Below, piece by piece: positions 13,739 to 27,049 of a stretch of DNA of 64,000 nt; the stretch's first letter is position 1, and every line of letters begins with the position of its first letter. Both the position numbers and the translations under genes were made by a program. The notes beneath the pieces were generated by a model, which searched no databases, was not told the origin of the DNA, and saw only the letters and a program-made list of their open reading frames with translations. This DNA comes from Basidiobolus meristosporus CBS 931.73 (Eukaryota > Fungi > Basidiobolomycota), in NCBI GenBank assembly GCA_002104905.1, contig MCFE01000012.1, forward strand, positions 197,009 to 261,008, in the 5' to 3' direction.

Positions 13739-16700
13739 TCCTATTTCCCCAGTTACCCTAGGACACAATGCTATGTTAATATGGAGGAGCCATACATGAT
13801 TTACCCTGGCTCCTGTACCATTCGTAGTTATTCTGTACATGAATCAACCTTGTTCAATTCCTTTCACTGTTTGCACACCGTAGATTGTTACTAATGACGA
13901 AAGTCGAATTAACGACCGGTTTATTGTATTGTTTTGTCTTGAACCTTTAACTGTAATGTTAGAATTCGATCAAGTAAAATTTGAACCCAAGATGCCGTAA
14001 TCCGTTTTCACAATGGTTATAAATGTAGAATAACAGATTTGTGGGGGGAGTGTAACCCTGGCAAACCGTGAGGAAGTAGCATTTCAGGGTGGTGATGAGC
14101 GGACTGCCTCTCTACAATCAATTGGCTCAAAAATGCTAGTTACACCAGCTATGTGGCTAGCTCATGACGTACAATGGGGGAGATCATTGGATGGCTCATC
14201 ACCAATTAGCTAGTAACTCGCGAAGAATCTAATATCGTGACTGCTAGTGACTATGACGCATCTCGTTGAGCATGAAATCATCCCTCCTAATCACACGATC
14301 TAATGCGTCCGTAACTGTTGCGATGCAATCAATTTAGATCTTATGAGATTCTTGAACGGGCAGCGAATGGTATGCAAAGTTACACTCGAATCCAAAATTT
14401 GGGTTGAAAGACCAATCCGAGCTATACGTTATGCATAATTTTGTATCCCAACAGCTTTCCACAGAGCAAAGCGGTCAAAGATCATAGCTCAAATACAGTG
14501 TGTTATGTAATATAGTCGTATAAGATTTCTCATGTAGCCTGGTGTAGATCTTGTATCCACTTCTCAAACGGCATCCGAATTGTCTTTTAGAAACCAAGTA
14601 ATACCCACTAAGTTAGCCCACTAGAGCTGGTGCCACCCCTATTTTAATTAGTACTTTTGTCGGTTTAGTGGAAAGCCATTTACTCGTGATCGGCAGAAGC
14701 CATGAGGTTCGGCCCATTTCTCATCACTATCGTAGTAGTGTACAGGTTTCCATCCGCCAATAATGGGCGAGGATGCTATCGCATATCCCGTTGAACTAAG
14801 CTCCTACGCCCAATAAATTACCGAAGTAGCTCTTTGCCAGAAGGCGCTAATGTTTCCAAGTGAGCGGAGGAATCTCATGCCAGTTACCATCTATTTGCGC
14901 ATGATCACCTAACCCCATTGGCCCCTCTATCTGATAGGCCCGTGTTGGCGATCAGGTGTGTCGCTGAGCTCATGCTGTCATCGTTTCCAAAAGAAACATT
15001 GAAGAGCCTGCCCTTCAAGCCCACTAAACTGTAATTGGGACTAGGTACCTGGCGTTTTTTCCAACACGATCGTCAGAGTGTATGATAAGCACTTTGTGAC
15101 TAGTGGCAGTATGGCTTTTGGTCCAGCATCACTCTACACGCAGTAAGTTATACTTTGCAACGGTTGTAGGAGTTCAGCTCGACCAAAAACCACTGACTAA
15201 CCGCATTGAAAACAATGGGCGTATGGGTGTGGTGGGTGGTCTCTTGAGGCGTGACTATAATCCTGACAATATATGATCACACGTGCAACATCCTGCGGAT
15301 CAATGTTTCTCAATGGCTTGAAATCGTGTATGACGCTACGTTTTATCCCTCAAAGCAAACCTGGTACCTGATTTATTTGTATAGATCGATATACACTTGG
15401 ATTTGACTATCTGGCAGGATATTTGTTGATGTCTATTGTAAATAACCAGTATTGTGACATCACCCGTAAGCTATTTCCTTAAATCTACTTTCAACCCTCA
15501 ATGATGGAATTGGTCCTGAGAGCTTACAAGTCACACTTTATTGCAGACAGCCAGAGATAGCGATAAATATTGACGAGATGCAAGTATCTCTAAGTAATAA
15601 TCTGGCAAATGCAATAAAGATTTGAAAGCGGCCTTATCAGAAATCTCAAAATTGGATTTTTCAAGGGCTGACTGTTTTCACGCCATATCAATATAGTTTT
15701 GTGATGGTATTCCTCTCCATATACTTGCTGCAAGATTATTGGAAGTATTGGATGCAATATAGTGAACCGGATGAATTGCATGATTATTGACTTCAAGCAA
15801 CGGATATATACCTTCAGGAGTACTTGATAGAATTAATGACAAGCATATGGTATTTGAGCAATTTTGAGAATCACAATAACTTCCAAGACTTGCCTGCCTC
15901 CAAGAATTACCTCATGGTATATAAACTAGATTGTAAGTGAGTAGTTCATGATATGGCAGCAAGCTAGATTGAGACTTGACATATGTATGTATAAGATAGT
16001 GGAGAAATTCAGTAATCTCTGTAATAAACATATTTCGTATTACCCATAGCTTCTCAGACACGTGACTCGAAGGGATTGATGGGGTTGAGCTCACTATTGA
16101 AATAATCTCAAAGAAATTGCTATATTACAATCAAGCTTGAGGACTATCTAACATGCCTAGATACTCCATTAACTTGGCAACTTAGGTCATAGCTCATGAG
16201 TTTTATTACTCTTTGCTCAAATTCTCTGTCGGAACTTAAAAGTTTTTTACCACTGTCATGTATTTGGAGCATCAGTGCTCTTTAAGATATCTACAGGCTC
16301 AACCCCTTATACATATATTTTGGTGCTGCTCTAAACATGTTGTGCATATGCTTTTGCCAAGATCAGGGAAAAAAATTAATACTATTACTACATTCAATAT
16401 GTCCTTAATTTAGAACCACTTAATCTGCTTGTTCACCTAATGGCCTTCAATATATCTAGGATAGTTCAGTGCATACCTAAAATGATGGAGTTAAGTATTC
16501 ACTAAACTCTCCAGGTCATAGAATTGAAGAATATCCCTATTTGATTTCTCTGATGGGCATGAAGCTGTGAGCGAAGTACTCACTGGTATTTTCAAAGATG
16601 GATCAGCAAGATCATTACCCTCACCATAAGCTTTTGATGAAGAACATTAAAATACCTCAAGAATTCTGCAGAGATTTGATGTTGATTAAACTTACAGCTG

Positions 16701-19700
16701 TTTTACGGTGAGTGTATTGGATTACATATATATTTGCCTATGACTCTACTTGCAAGATATTTGCTAATTCTTTGAAATGGTCCTGAAAATTGCCAGAGTT
16801 CTCTAACTGGTGCAAAAGTCCCTAAGCTTTGTGCGCATAGGGAGAACATTCGCAACTTAAGTTTGCTTTTGTAGCTCAAGTTCTCCCAAAGGCAAAACTA
16901 CTATAGTTGAGTTCTATAAGACACTTGGTTAGTATAATACAGTTTATATCGATCTCCAAATCACTCCAAAATCTTGCAAAAGTGGGCTCAGTCCGGCATA
17001 TTGTGAAACATCTCGAATATTTCCATAATCCAGCATGGAGGTATACTATCTGCATAAATAGAATCAGTTGGATCACAGATACATAAACGAGCACATACTT
17101 GGATTGAGCTGTGATGGAACAAATTTGGATACTGAAGACTGTAGGGATCAACAGCCAATTAACATGAATAGAAAATACATGACCATAGTAGCTGTCTAAA
17201 TACCACAGAAGAATTGGAGGATCTGTCACTCTACACAATACAACGCCTGGAGTCAAGGCCGATTTATGCAGATACATTGGTGACCATATGGCCCACTCCA
17301 TTACGTGTCATCGATTAGATAAATCTGCGAGATCAGATAAATCTGCGAGATCGAGAGGGTTTCTAATTAAGAAATGTTCGAACCCAACCAAGATCTTGAT
17401 CCTGGCATATGGAGCTAATTGATATTGCAACAGCAATGGTCGGACTAGCTACAGACGCAAGTGATGTCAGTGGTGTTTGCTTGGCAATTGGAAGTTTGGC
17501 TCGAACAAAAAAGGTTTTTAAAAAAATATTTTGCCCAACAGATGTTAGAAATTATTTGAATTTCATACTGATATTGATAGAAGCTATAATGTGAGGAAAC
17601 GATATCAACGAATGGAAAACTTCCCTATTTATAGTTTGTCCGTTGCAAACAGGACACGACAGATGTGAGATCGGAACCATTATTTCACAACTTTTGCATC
17701 ACCCAGCCTTATATAACTCATATCGACCATGCTAAAAATAGATGAACTAGGATCGTACGTTTAGGAAAGGAATATCACATGAGTGTTCCACTAGGTTTTA
17801 GGGCTAGTGAACAAAACAGCTGAAGGGCAAAGGGCAAGTATCCTGGTAGTAAAGCCCCTATGCATAACTAAGGGCACCAAGCAACATCATATTCATTATG
17901 GCAGGCGGGGAACCACTGTTCTAAAGCACCAACAAATGTATGAACTAATGAATCCAGTCGTACATACTATGCAACAATAAAATAGCCCACCCAAGCCTAC
18001 CTCGGTTGGCAAATCTTTCAGACCAAATTGTAGACTTCAGGCCTTCGTACCTTTTAAGTAAGTGCCGGCGATTCTACACAAAGTGTTACCCTTGTCTACC
18101 TGATGATTTTTAAAATGAGACAGATAGGGGTACATGCTTGGCTGGATTGTAAAAACATAGGCCCGCCGTACCAGAGGCTAACCACTCCACTGAACGTAAC
18201 GTTCCCGTTTCATCGCATCCCCAGTTTGCACGGTAGACGCATCCTGTCTAGCTGGCCGAACGTCTACATGCTACTACCAATGCACCTAACATATCAATGG
18301 TTGGAGATTTCCTTTCAAGGAAAATAGGCTATGACAACACCAAATATAGGAGATCAATGGCTAGGGGCGTGCCATTTCAACATACGGTTTTAGTTCCACT
18401 CATTCAACGGAGGCCACACGTTCAAGCACAACGCTCTGCTGGCCACAAAAATATAGAGCATTTCGATGGTCCTTTAGGTCATATTCCAGGTTGAATGCAG
18501 TAAATGCCATCAATCGGTTTGCTCACTGTGGGATAGCCATACAAGTAAGGTCTAACGCCGATCTAATTTCCATGAGCCATTGTGGACAGGCACCCCCATG
18601 CTGACATGGAGGGCCGAATAGCCTTGCTGGTGTCTACTCATCTCAGCACTATTGATCTTGAATCCGACGGAGGTTTCGATACTGCACTGGTTTGCTAGAG
18701 GATCCAGATCAACACGCATCATCAGAATCTGAAAAGCCCTCAAATGAGAACCGCTTGAGTTTGGAAATAATATCATTTGATTCTGTATAGGTCCGGTTTG
18801 CATCATAGTGTAACAAATAAATGGTCGCGCGCCACTATCTCGTATCACCAAAGAGCTGTGCGACCTCAAAGGGCCCATGATTGGCGTCTAAAAATACCCC
18901 TCTTATTGCCCCGATGTCCTAAACTTGGACCTGATGAAGAATCACTAATTGGTAGTGCTCCTATTGTTGGAACTAATCATTTTGAGGTTTAACCTTACAA
19001 CTCATTATAGAATTCATTAAACAGGACCAATTGCCGTACTATCAGTGACGTGAGTATCGAGGCTAAATGAGATTTTGTTGCGTAACATTGGGATATGTGC
19101 TGGATATGAGCGACGTTGGAGAAAAGGAATTCCCGGTTGATCAGGGTGAAATGTTTTCCCTGTCCAAAAGCAGGCGATTAGGTTTAATTTGGCTTGGTGA
19201 TACTACTGCACCATGCTGCTGCTGGTTCTGGTCAGTTCAACAGTGTGGTAACTCCCAAAGTTCCTATTCTCTGGCTTGAGAGTCCATGTCGCTGGACATG
19301 CTGTTGGGGATCCCGCCTCCGAATACATTGATGGTCTCAGCTTCTCTGTATGTAGTGTCTCAACTTGTAGTGGACTTGGATCTTTACCTGTTCGTGATAT
19401 AACCGAGGCATCGGGACTTCCTATTACGGAGGTGGGGCTCGCACTTGGTAGCCTCTCAGGATGTATTCGCCAAACAGGCCTAGAACAGCGGTGTTATGAC
19501 TGGTTTGATGAGTAAAAGGCCAGTCAGTCCTTCCACCTCCATGCTCACATTCAACCCTTACAAATAATCCAATAATGGCAGAAAAGGGATGATACATGAC
19601 GATGTTTAATGAAATATCATCACGCCAATAATTGATATTAAAATGGGTTCAGCCTTAAAAGGAAAAAGTATCACAGGTGTTTATGGGTTTTCAATGGACT

Positions 19701-19932
19701 ACATTCGCTCCACTCACGTACCAACATAAATTCATTAACAAAAAATTCCTCACTCAACATTATAGCAGTAATACAAAAACAGTGTCCCGTCCACTGAAGT
19801 CCCGATCTGAATGGTTCGAATTTGGCAATTCCAACATTGAGGCGAACTACATAAAGGCCTAGTTGCCGAACATCAACCACCAAGCTCACTTTCCTTTCCA
19901 TTTCTTCCGCTTCTTATTACTATTTGATAGGT

Positions 19933-21191
19933 ATGTTCTCCAAAGTTACACTGGCTGTAAGCTGCGCCTTGGTCGCCTCCACTGTTGCTCAGGAGTGCGT
20001 TCCCTATGCTTCACCTTATAACTTCCAGACTGGATACCCCACCGTTTGGAAGAAAGCAGATCAGACAACCTTCAGTACTCCCGAGTTTCAATCGGTGTAC
20101 AACTCCATTGACTGGACTAAGGTTCCCAACATCCAGCCCAAGAAGATGGACGCTTCAGGCGCTTTCATCTCCTCTGACTATCCCGCCAGTGATCCTGACT
20201 GTTGGTGGACTTACAAAAACTGTGTAACCCCCAAGGCTCCCAATATCCAGCCTGATATTGCCAGCTGCCCTGAACCTGAAACTTGGGGCCTGACTTATGA
20301 CGATGGGCCTAACTGCACACACACCCAATTCTACGACTTCTTGAAGGCCAATAACCAGAAGGCAACTATGTTCTTCATCGGATCCAATGTTGCTGACTGG
20401 CCCAAGGAAGCCCAACGCGGTTTGACCGACGGTCACCACATCTGTGTTCACACATGGTCACACCCATATATGACCACCTTGACAAATCAGGAAGTTGTAG
20501 CCGAGCTCTACTATACCACTAAAGCCATCAAGACTGTAGTCGGTATTACCCCCACCTGCTGGCGTCCTGTAAGTTATTTTTGGACTGATTCACACTGACC
20601 ATTGACTAAATCTATATGCCCTGGCCATTTTAGCCTTACGGTGATGTTGATGACCGAGTTCGTGCTATCGCCCAACAACTCAAATTGACCAACATTATCT
20701 GGAACCTTGACTCTGATGACTGGCAAATGGCTCCAGCTGGAAATCTCCCTCCCTCCGCTATTGATCAATTGTTCGAAGGCTTCGTTAACATGGGCAAGAA
20801 CGGAACCTTTGCCAGATCGGGCGCTATTACTTTGGAGCACGAGCTGAACAATGGTACCATGAGCATGGCTGAGAAATGGTATCCCCAAATCAAGCAGGCC
20901 TTCAAGCATGTTGTTCCAGTTGCTAGTTGTATGAACATCACCACTCCCTACCTCGAGACCAACTACACCTATCCCGACTTTGCTCAATACATTGCTGGGG
21001 ATACCAACGGCAACACCAGCAGCAACACTAGCAGCACCGCCCAGAGCTCTGCTCAGCATGCCCAATCCTCCACTACCAGTGCCTCGGCTAGCAATGTCTC
21101 GGAAGCTAGCACCAAATCTGCCGCCGTCGACAACGTAGCTCACATCAGCTTGGCCCTGTTCGCCTTGATCCCTGCTGCCCTATTATTGTAG
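19933..21191 (+). CDS. CDA: Chitin deacetylase (CE4/NodB), secreted and probably GPI-anchored; intron 20569-20633
   Basis: Signal peptide; motifs TYDDGP, HTWSHPYM, RP|PYGD and LEHE; Ser/Thr-rich linker and hydrophobic C-terminus. Confidence 0.95.
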
Positions 21192-24159
21192 TAGTACCCC
21201 ACTATTCGAATCCACTCATAATTTTTCATTGCCTACAAGGATTTTGACCATACCTCATCTAAATCTGATGAAAATTAACGCTTAAATTATTTATCCCAGA
21301 GGAAAGTGATATCTTACCCCTTTTTTGACCTTGTCATCCATCCTTCGCCCACCTCCAACATCGGAGGCAACATTTATTATAGCCTCTGATCCCATCGAAG
21401 AATAAATTAATGTCTACGTTTACATCTTGGACCTTACATTCCCTTAATTCCCGTGGACATCAATGCGACCCTTTGGGTATGAGCCAAGCATCCCAAGACC
21501 CAGAGCATATGCGCCGATGCCACCGCTGCGTGTGCACTTATTAAATGGCGACATGAGCGAATGGCACAAAGCGGACGCCTTCAGGTGCGTGCTGCTATTT
21601 TTGGCGAGAGAGCACCTGGATCATTTTTGACCCCTCACCTTAATTTCAACTTTGCCGAATCGTCAGCGATTTAATCTATTTCCAATGTTTCTTATAGTGC
21701 ATCTATTCAATGCATATAGCCCCCACCTGTCTATATATAGATATGTAAGTGATCAGCAATATGGATTAAACCAGACTCATACGTTGATTATTGATGGACT
21801 CATCTCAAACATAATGGATATTTAGAGGGAGATGATCGCGCTGCATCCTAAGCTAACTGGAGGGCGGTGGGCTGCCAATCTTAGATGGGCTCCAGTAACA
21901 TAAGGAAGCTGGTTGGGGGCTCCAACCATAGGCTCAGTCATACAGATGATGCTAACAAAGCGCCGTTGTCACGATAGAGTGGGTTTCTCATCACTGGCAT
22001 CCCACGCATATCCGAAATGGACAAGCTTGATTCAGTTAAGTGTGGCCTCCTTCACCATTCGGACCTCGTGTATCACCGACGGATATATGACTATTGATTA
22101 GGTAATCCACTCTTAATGAATTCTAGTAATCATGAGAACAACAAGGAATCGAATTTGGACCACTGCACCTCCTTTGGAGAGGCGCCCAGTCCTATCCTCG
22201 AGGATTTGTCGATACCGAGATAACTGACGAAGTGCGTATACAAGGGCTAAGAGCTGATTATCAAATACACTGCGGCATTCCAAAAGTGATCCGATTATAC
22301 GATTCGTATTCTTACCTTAAACTTTAAGGGTGTTAGTCATCCGTGGTTCTAAATCTAAAAAATGTAGGCAATCGAACAACAAAGTCGGTTTAGTGTGTAG
22401 GGCCCATGAAGCAAGGCTTGCTTGGCGGAGTCACATTCTGTTACTCTTTGGTTCAATTTGGCATGCAGGTGATCATGAGATGTGTAACAGTATGGGCCAG
22501 CTCTCTAAGGCACAATTTTGGATTCAACGAATAGCGGCGAGAGTAACGGCCGGCCCTGCATTATTGCGTGCCTCCATATAGCCTGCAATCGGACGCCTAT
22601 ATGTTCATAATCCTTGTCGCTCTAAAGAAATCGGTATGCCATCTAGTAGTAATGCAGTTGTGTTCACAGAAAGGCCTTCCAGACTCTATGCGGGTCTATC
22701 ATGGAGCAGTATTTCATCACTATTGTGCCATGTGAAACTTCACCACTTAAATAGCCTAGATAACAAACTCGATTTTGATTCCCTTACTGTGCTAGGCGAA
22801 GCTAATTCAGTTCCGTAAGTGTATTCTATATATACTTCGCTCCTACCCTTATTGCCTTTGGCTGGAGATTTTCTAAGATATAATTCTGTACTTTTCTATG
22901 ATCAACTTTTGAAGGAACGTAGACTAGCATCGCTAAGATTTTTAAGGGAAAACCTGATCATTACTTGTGCTCTATATGATCGGCCAATTTCTTCGAAACT
23001 AGATCGTAGCCCCGTGATAGTCAAAAGTGATGATTCTCAGAAATAGAATTAAAGTAGTAAACCTGGCGTGCTCAGAAGACAGCGATATTTTTGGTAAAAC
23101 TTTGCGAAACTAAATGTAAGGATATGTTGTGGAAGATGATGGAGAGATGAGGATGATGCTTATGGTCGATAATCATGACATGAAGGATTGGTGGGGATGG
23201 TGTTCATATACGATTCCTAGTAGCCCCAGCCATATACATCAGTTGACTAGTAGTCACGCAAGCAAACCATTGTTTTTCGGGGTAGGAAAAGAGTTGGATG
23301 CAGGTACGGACCAACAAAAAAAGCCCAATCATTTTTCTTACAGACAGTTGCTCCTTAAGTTGGTGAGTGGATATGGTTTACAAAGTGACCAATGGGCTTG
23401 AGAGCTTGCACGAACTAAGTAGAATTTGTACTTGGCCTAGGCTAAAGGCTAACAATGTTGCAAGACTCTAGGGAGTATTGGAAGTGATTTGGAGGACTTG
23501 AAGAAATGCATGATATCAACTTATTGAGTTCAAATAAATAATTGATACTACTAGAAGAACTTTGTAAAGCTAATGATAGAGATGTTTCGAAAAAGGTCCT
23601 AAGAAGTGGTGTGGAGGGTTTGGGAGCTTTTGAACGAGTTTGAAAGATCTGGATAACTTCCAGGCCTTCACCAATTATAAGAATTAACTGATATCCTACG
23701 TGCCAAATCCCAAGAAAGATAACTCATGATTTATCAAAAAGCTAAATAGAATCTGGTGAAAAATGAATGGTTTAGGCGGCAGATAAATCTCTATAACTAA
23801 CAATGCTTCCAGCAACCACTATTAGAAGTTTCTGATGGATATCATGAGAATACCATATGAATACTAGCCGAAATCCTACTTGAACTCATCAAGTACAAGA
23901 CTCCGCCAAGTAGGAGCTTCATGAGTATTGCGTTGTTAGAGTTATGGATACATTGAAAGTGAATGTGAGAACAAGTAGATCATGTGGTTTCACTTTAGAA
24001 TTTAATGAATGTAAAAGTCCCCTAAGAAAAAAAATCAAGAAATGGTCAGCAGAATACCATCATAATATCAGCTGAGTTCCAAGTTTCTCAAAACTGACAA
24101 CTCTCGGTATCTCAGTTACTAGCTGTTGGGCAGACAAGCAGACATATTTTCCAGGAGGA

Positions 24160-24330
24160 GACTAAGCCAAGTAGCATCCATACCAAATTCGGTAATCAGC
24201 TGCTCACTACTTTCACCAAAAATTGCTACTAAAAATTTGAAGGAAAAACACCAGCTGAATACCAGCAAAATACCATTAGAATACCAGCTGAGTACCAGCT
24301 GAAAAGCAGATAAATTCCAAGTTTGAGATT
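24160..24330 (+). repeat. Dispersed repeat copy 2 with internal 'taccagc' micro-repeats
   Basis: Similar to 2550-2720 and contains repeated (t/c)accagc(t/a) units at ~24250-24302. Confidence 0.55.
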
Positions 24331-25320
24331 TTTCATATGGGTCGTATTTATAACTTTACATGGTCTTGGCAAAGCAAATATCAAGAAACCCTCACAGTAT
24401 TATCAGGTACACAGAATGTGTTATTTCTCATGGTTGTCCAGAGACCCCAAACTTTGCACAGACGCTCTTGGAACGAAATTTACAGAAGGATCAGGCTTAT
24501 AACATTTCCAAGTGAGAATTAGGGGCCATATTTAAGCATCATATCACACTCATGTCTGGATATGGGGCGGAATACCATCATCGTATTGTAATACAAATGC
24601 CTTCGACAAATCCAATTCAAATTCAATTTTGAAGTTTCCGAGAGTTCACGCTAGATTTGGTGTATCTTACACATACATGAGTGTCCGTTCGAGGATGGTC
24701 GAGAATGACTTGCAACTTTACAAGCGTATAAAAGCCCTGATGGGTAGTAACACGCATGTGTAATGTTTACCTCCATGAAATCCAAATCAACCCTCTCGCT
24801 ACACCGTGAAATCCGCTTCCAAAACGTGAGTTGTTCGTCAGTATGAAACTCCGATTCACAAACCCACATGATCAGTTTGACCCAGCAATTCTTCCGAACT
24901 CCTGAATACTTTATAGGTGTTCGACATTAATTACTTCAGAGCCAAGGATGGCCACGGTACGTTTTGGATAATGAGCATGCAGAGCATGTATAAGCCATCC
25001 AATCTAAGCACGAAATGCTGGAGCCTGGCGTAAATCAAAGGCGGTGGAATTATTGACGAGTGGCCGTAATGTCGTTCACGTGCTTTATTCCCATCTCACT
25101 TCAACTCCACCAAAGTCTTGTTGGGATATCTAGGGGACCCCGGTGGGCATTCTGAAAGGACACAAGATACATAAGGTGATGGTGTAAGATGACAAAGCGG
25201 AACTTCCTTTAAAATAGGTATTGATACAGGCTGACCGGTTAGCTCAAATAGGGAATTAATAGTGTATTGAGGGCAAAGTAATAAGTTTCCAATATAAAAG
25301 ATATACAAGGATGACGGCTT

Positions 25321-26326
25321 TCAAGCGGAGTTTTCATTCAGTTTCGGTGGTAGATTCTCGACCTCTTGAGCGGCCGCATCAGTTCGAACCATGAGTTCCT
25401 CATACACATCCGGCTCCTTCCACTTCCTTAATGTGGCATTGAGCTTGTATCTTTCGTCGGGGGTTTTTTCCATGACAATAAACTCGCAGTGGCGAAGATT
25501 ATCTTGACTTTCAAACTCCTCCACTGAAGTGCGGAACCACCGCATGACAAACAGCCTAGCCATTAAACCGTGTGTGACCAACACCAGCACAGAGGGGAAA
25601 TCGGGTTTGTCAAAAGCTCGGTGCAGACTTTCAATGAAGGTACTCAAACGGTCATATACATCCGCTCCGGATTCACCATTTGGGATTCGATAATAACTAT
25701 TCCATAATTAGACAAAGCAGCGTAATGAAAATCATAGCAAGTCGATATTTACAAGTGGCCATATTTCTCCCGCTCCTCACATATCTTCTTCATAATTTCT
25801 GGAGGGGCCTGGAAGTTTCCCCAATCTAATTGCGGAGGTAAATAATAAGAGGGGCGTGGGAGATACGGATAAAGCTACTTTCCTTGCTCACGCAACCTTG
25901 GCTCCTCATACACAATATATTCCTTGGTGCTCAACGTGCTTGAAAGCTCCTTAAACGTTTGTCGAGTCCTTAGATAAGGGGAAACGTAGAACTGCAGTTT
26001 ATCGGTCGGCAGAATCTCCTGTTGTAGCCTCTTGCCAGCTTCTCGGGCTTGCTCGACACCTTTCTTGGTTAGCCGTATCTTGTGGTCCGGAACCACTCGA
26101 TGAATGGATTTATCTAAATTGGCTACTGATTCGCCGTGTCGTAGGAGGATAATCTTACGCGGCCTTTGCCAAATTGACGTAGTGCTAGAAAAGGGAGAAT
26201 TGCCCCAAGGAGCTCTACGACTAAAAAATGGGTTCAGACGGCTGTTCTACGGAGCTATCAATATACGACTCACCAGTGAAGCTTGTTGGGCAGAGGGAAG
26301 CCACGCTGAACAACTCTTGTGGGCAT
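25321..26326 (-). CDS. Histidine phosphatase / phosphoglycerate mutase-like protein (DET1/AT74-like), multi-exon
   Basis: IILLRHGES, FYVSPYLRTRQT, EEPRLREQ-DWGNFQ, YYRIPNGESGADVYDR and LVTHGL motifs, with canonical introns. Confidence 0.92.
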
Positions 26327-27049
26327 GTGCGAAAGCAACGATGATTTTGGGGGAGTGGTAAACAGAAAGACGGTCTGAGAAACGTGAAGCAGCAAGAAGT
26401 AATGATTGATGACTGATTACTTTATAAATCTGGTTAACGGAGATGGTTATTTACCGCCAATATCAAATACAACGAATTATCCTGCTTCCGATTTGGCATC
26501 AGCAGACCTTGCTCCGATTTAAAGCAAAAGTGACTGGGAATAGATCCCAAACAAATATGATTATCTTTGGAGTATCAAATCACTGGATTCCACAATCATT
26601 GACCGTGTGAATATTTGCCGAACTAAACCTGTGAATCAATCACACAACCTTCACACATACCCTTTTCCACTCAAAAGTACATGGACCATAGCTATCTTAT
26701 ACAATGACCTATCGGAGATGTCATTTGTTAGGTAATCATCGAAGTAAGCCACCTAGATCAATCTACAAAACCGTGCAGTTAGTTCAACTAATTTGCTGTA
26801 TGAGTTCTGATCACTGCGACACCCAACCACTCTACAACTAGCCACACGTCAACTTTTTTGAGTACTCAGATGCTAAGCGGTTTGGGTGGTTTGGGTGGTT
26901 TGTCTTTTCCAAAGAATACGGAAGAGCAGCCTGAATCTTTTGTGGCATCATTGTCGCTTGAGGTTCTACCTGATGAAGTTACCCCCGTTGAAGTTTATAT
27001 ATTCATATTGGTCGCATCTGCTGCCATATGTTTATTCTCTACATATAGA

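Noticed and set aside
15400-17301. Possible decayed F-box/LRR-like gene on the minus strand
   Set aside because: There are many stops and no motif I can verify, so it cannot be supported beyond AT-rich decayed sequence.
17317-17352. Perfect 18-bp tandem duplication (agataaatctgcgagatc x2)
   Set aside because: It is isolated and typical of replication slippage, with no functional context.
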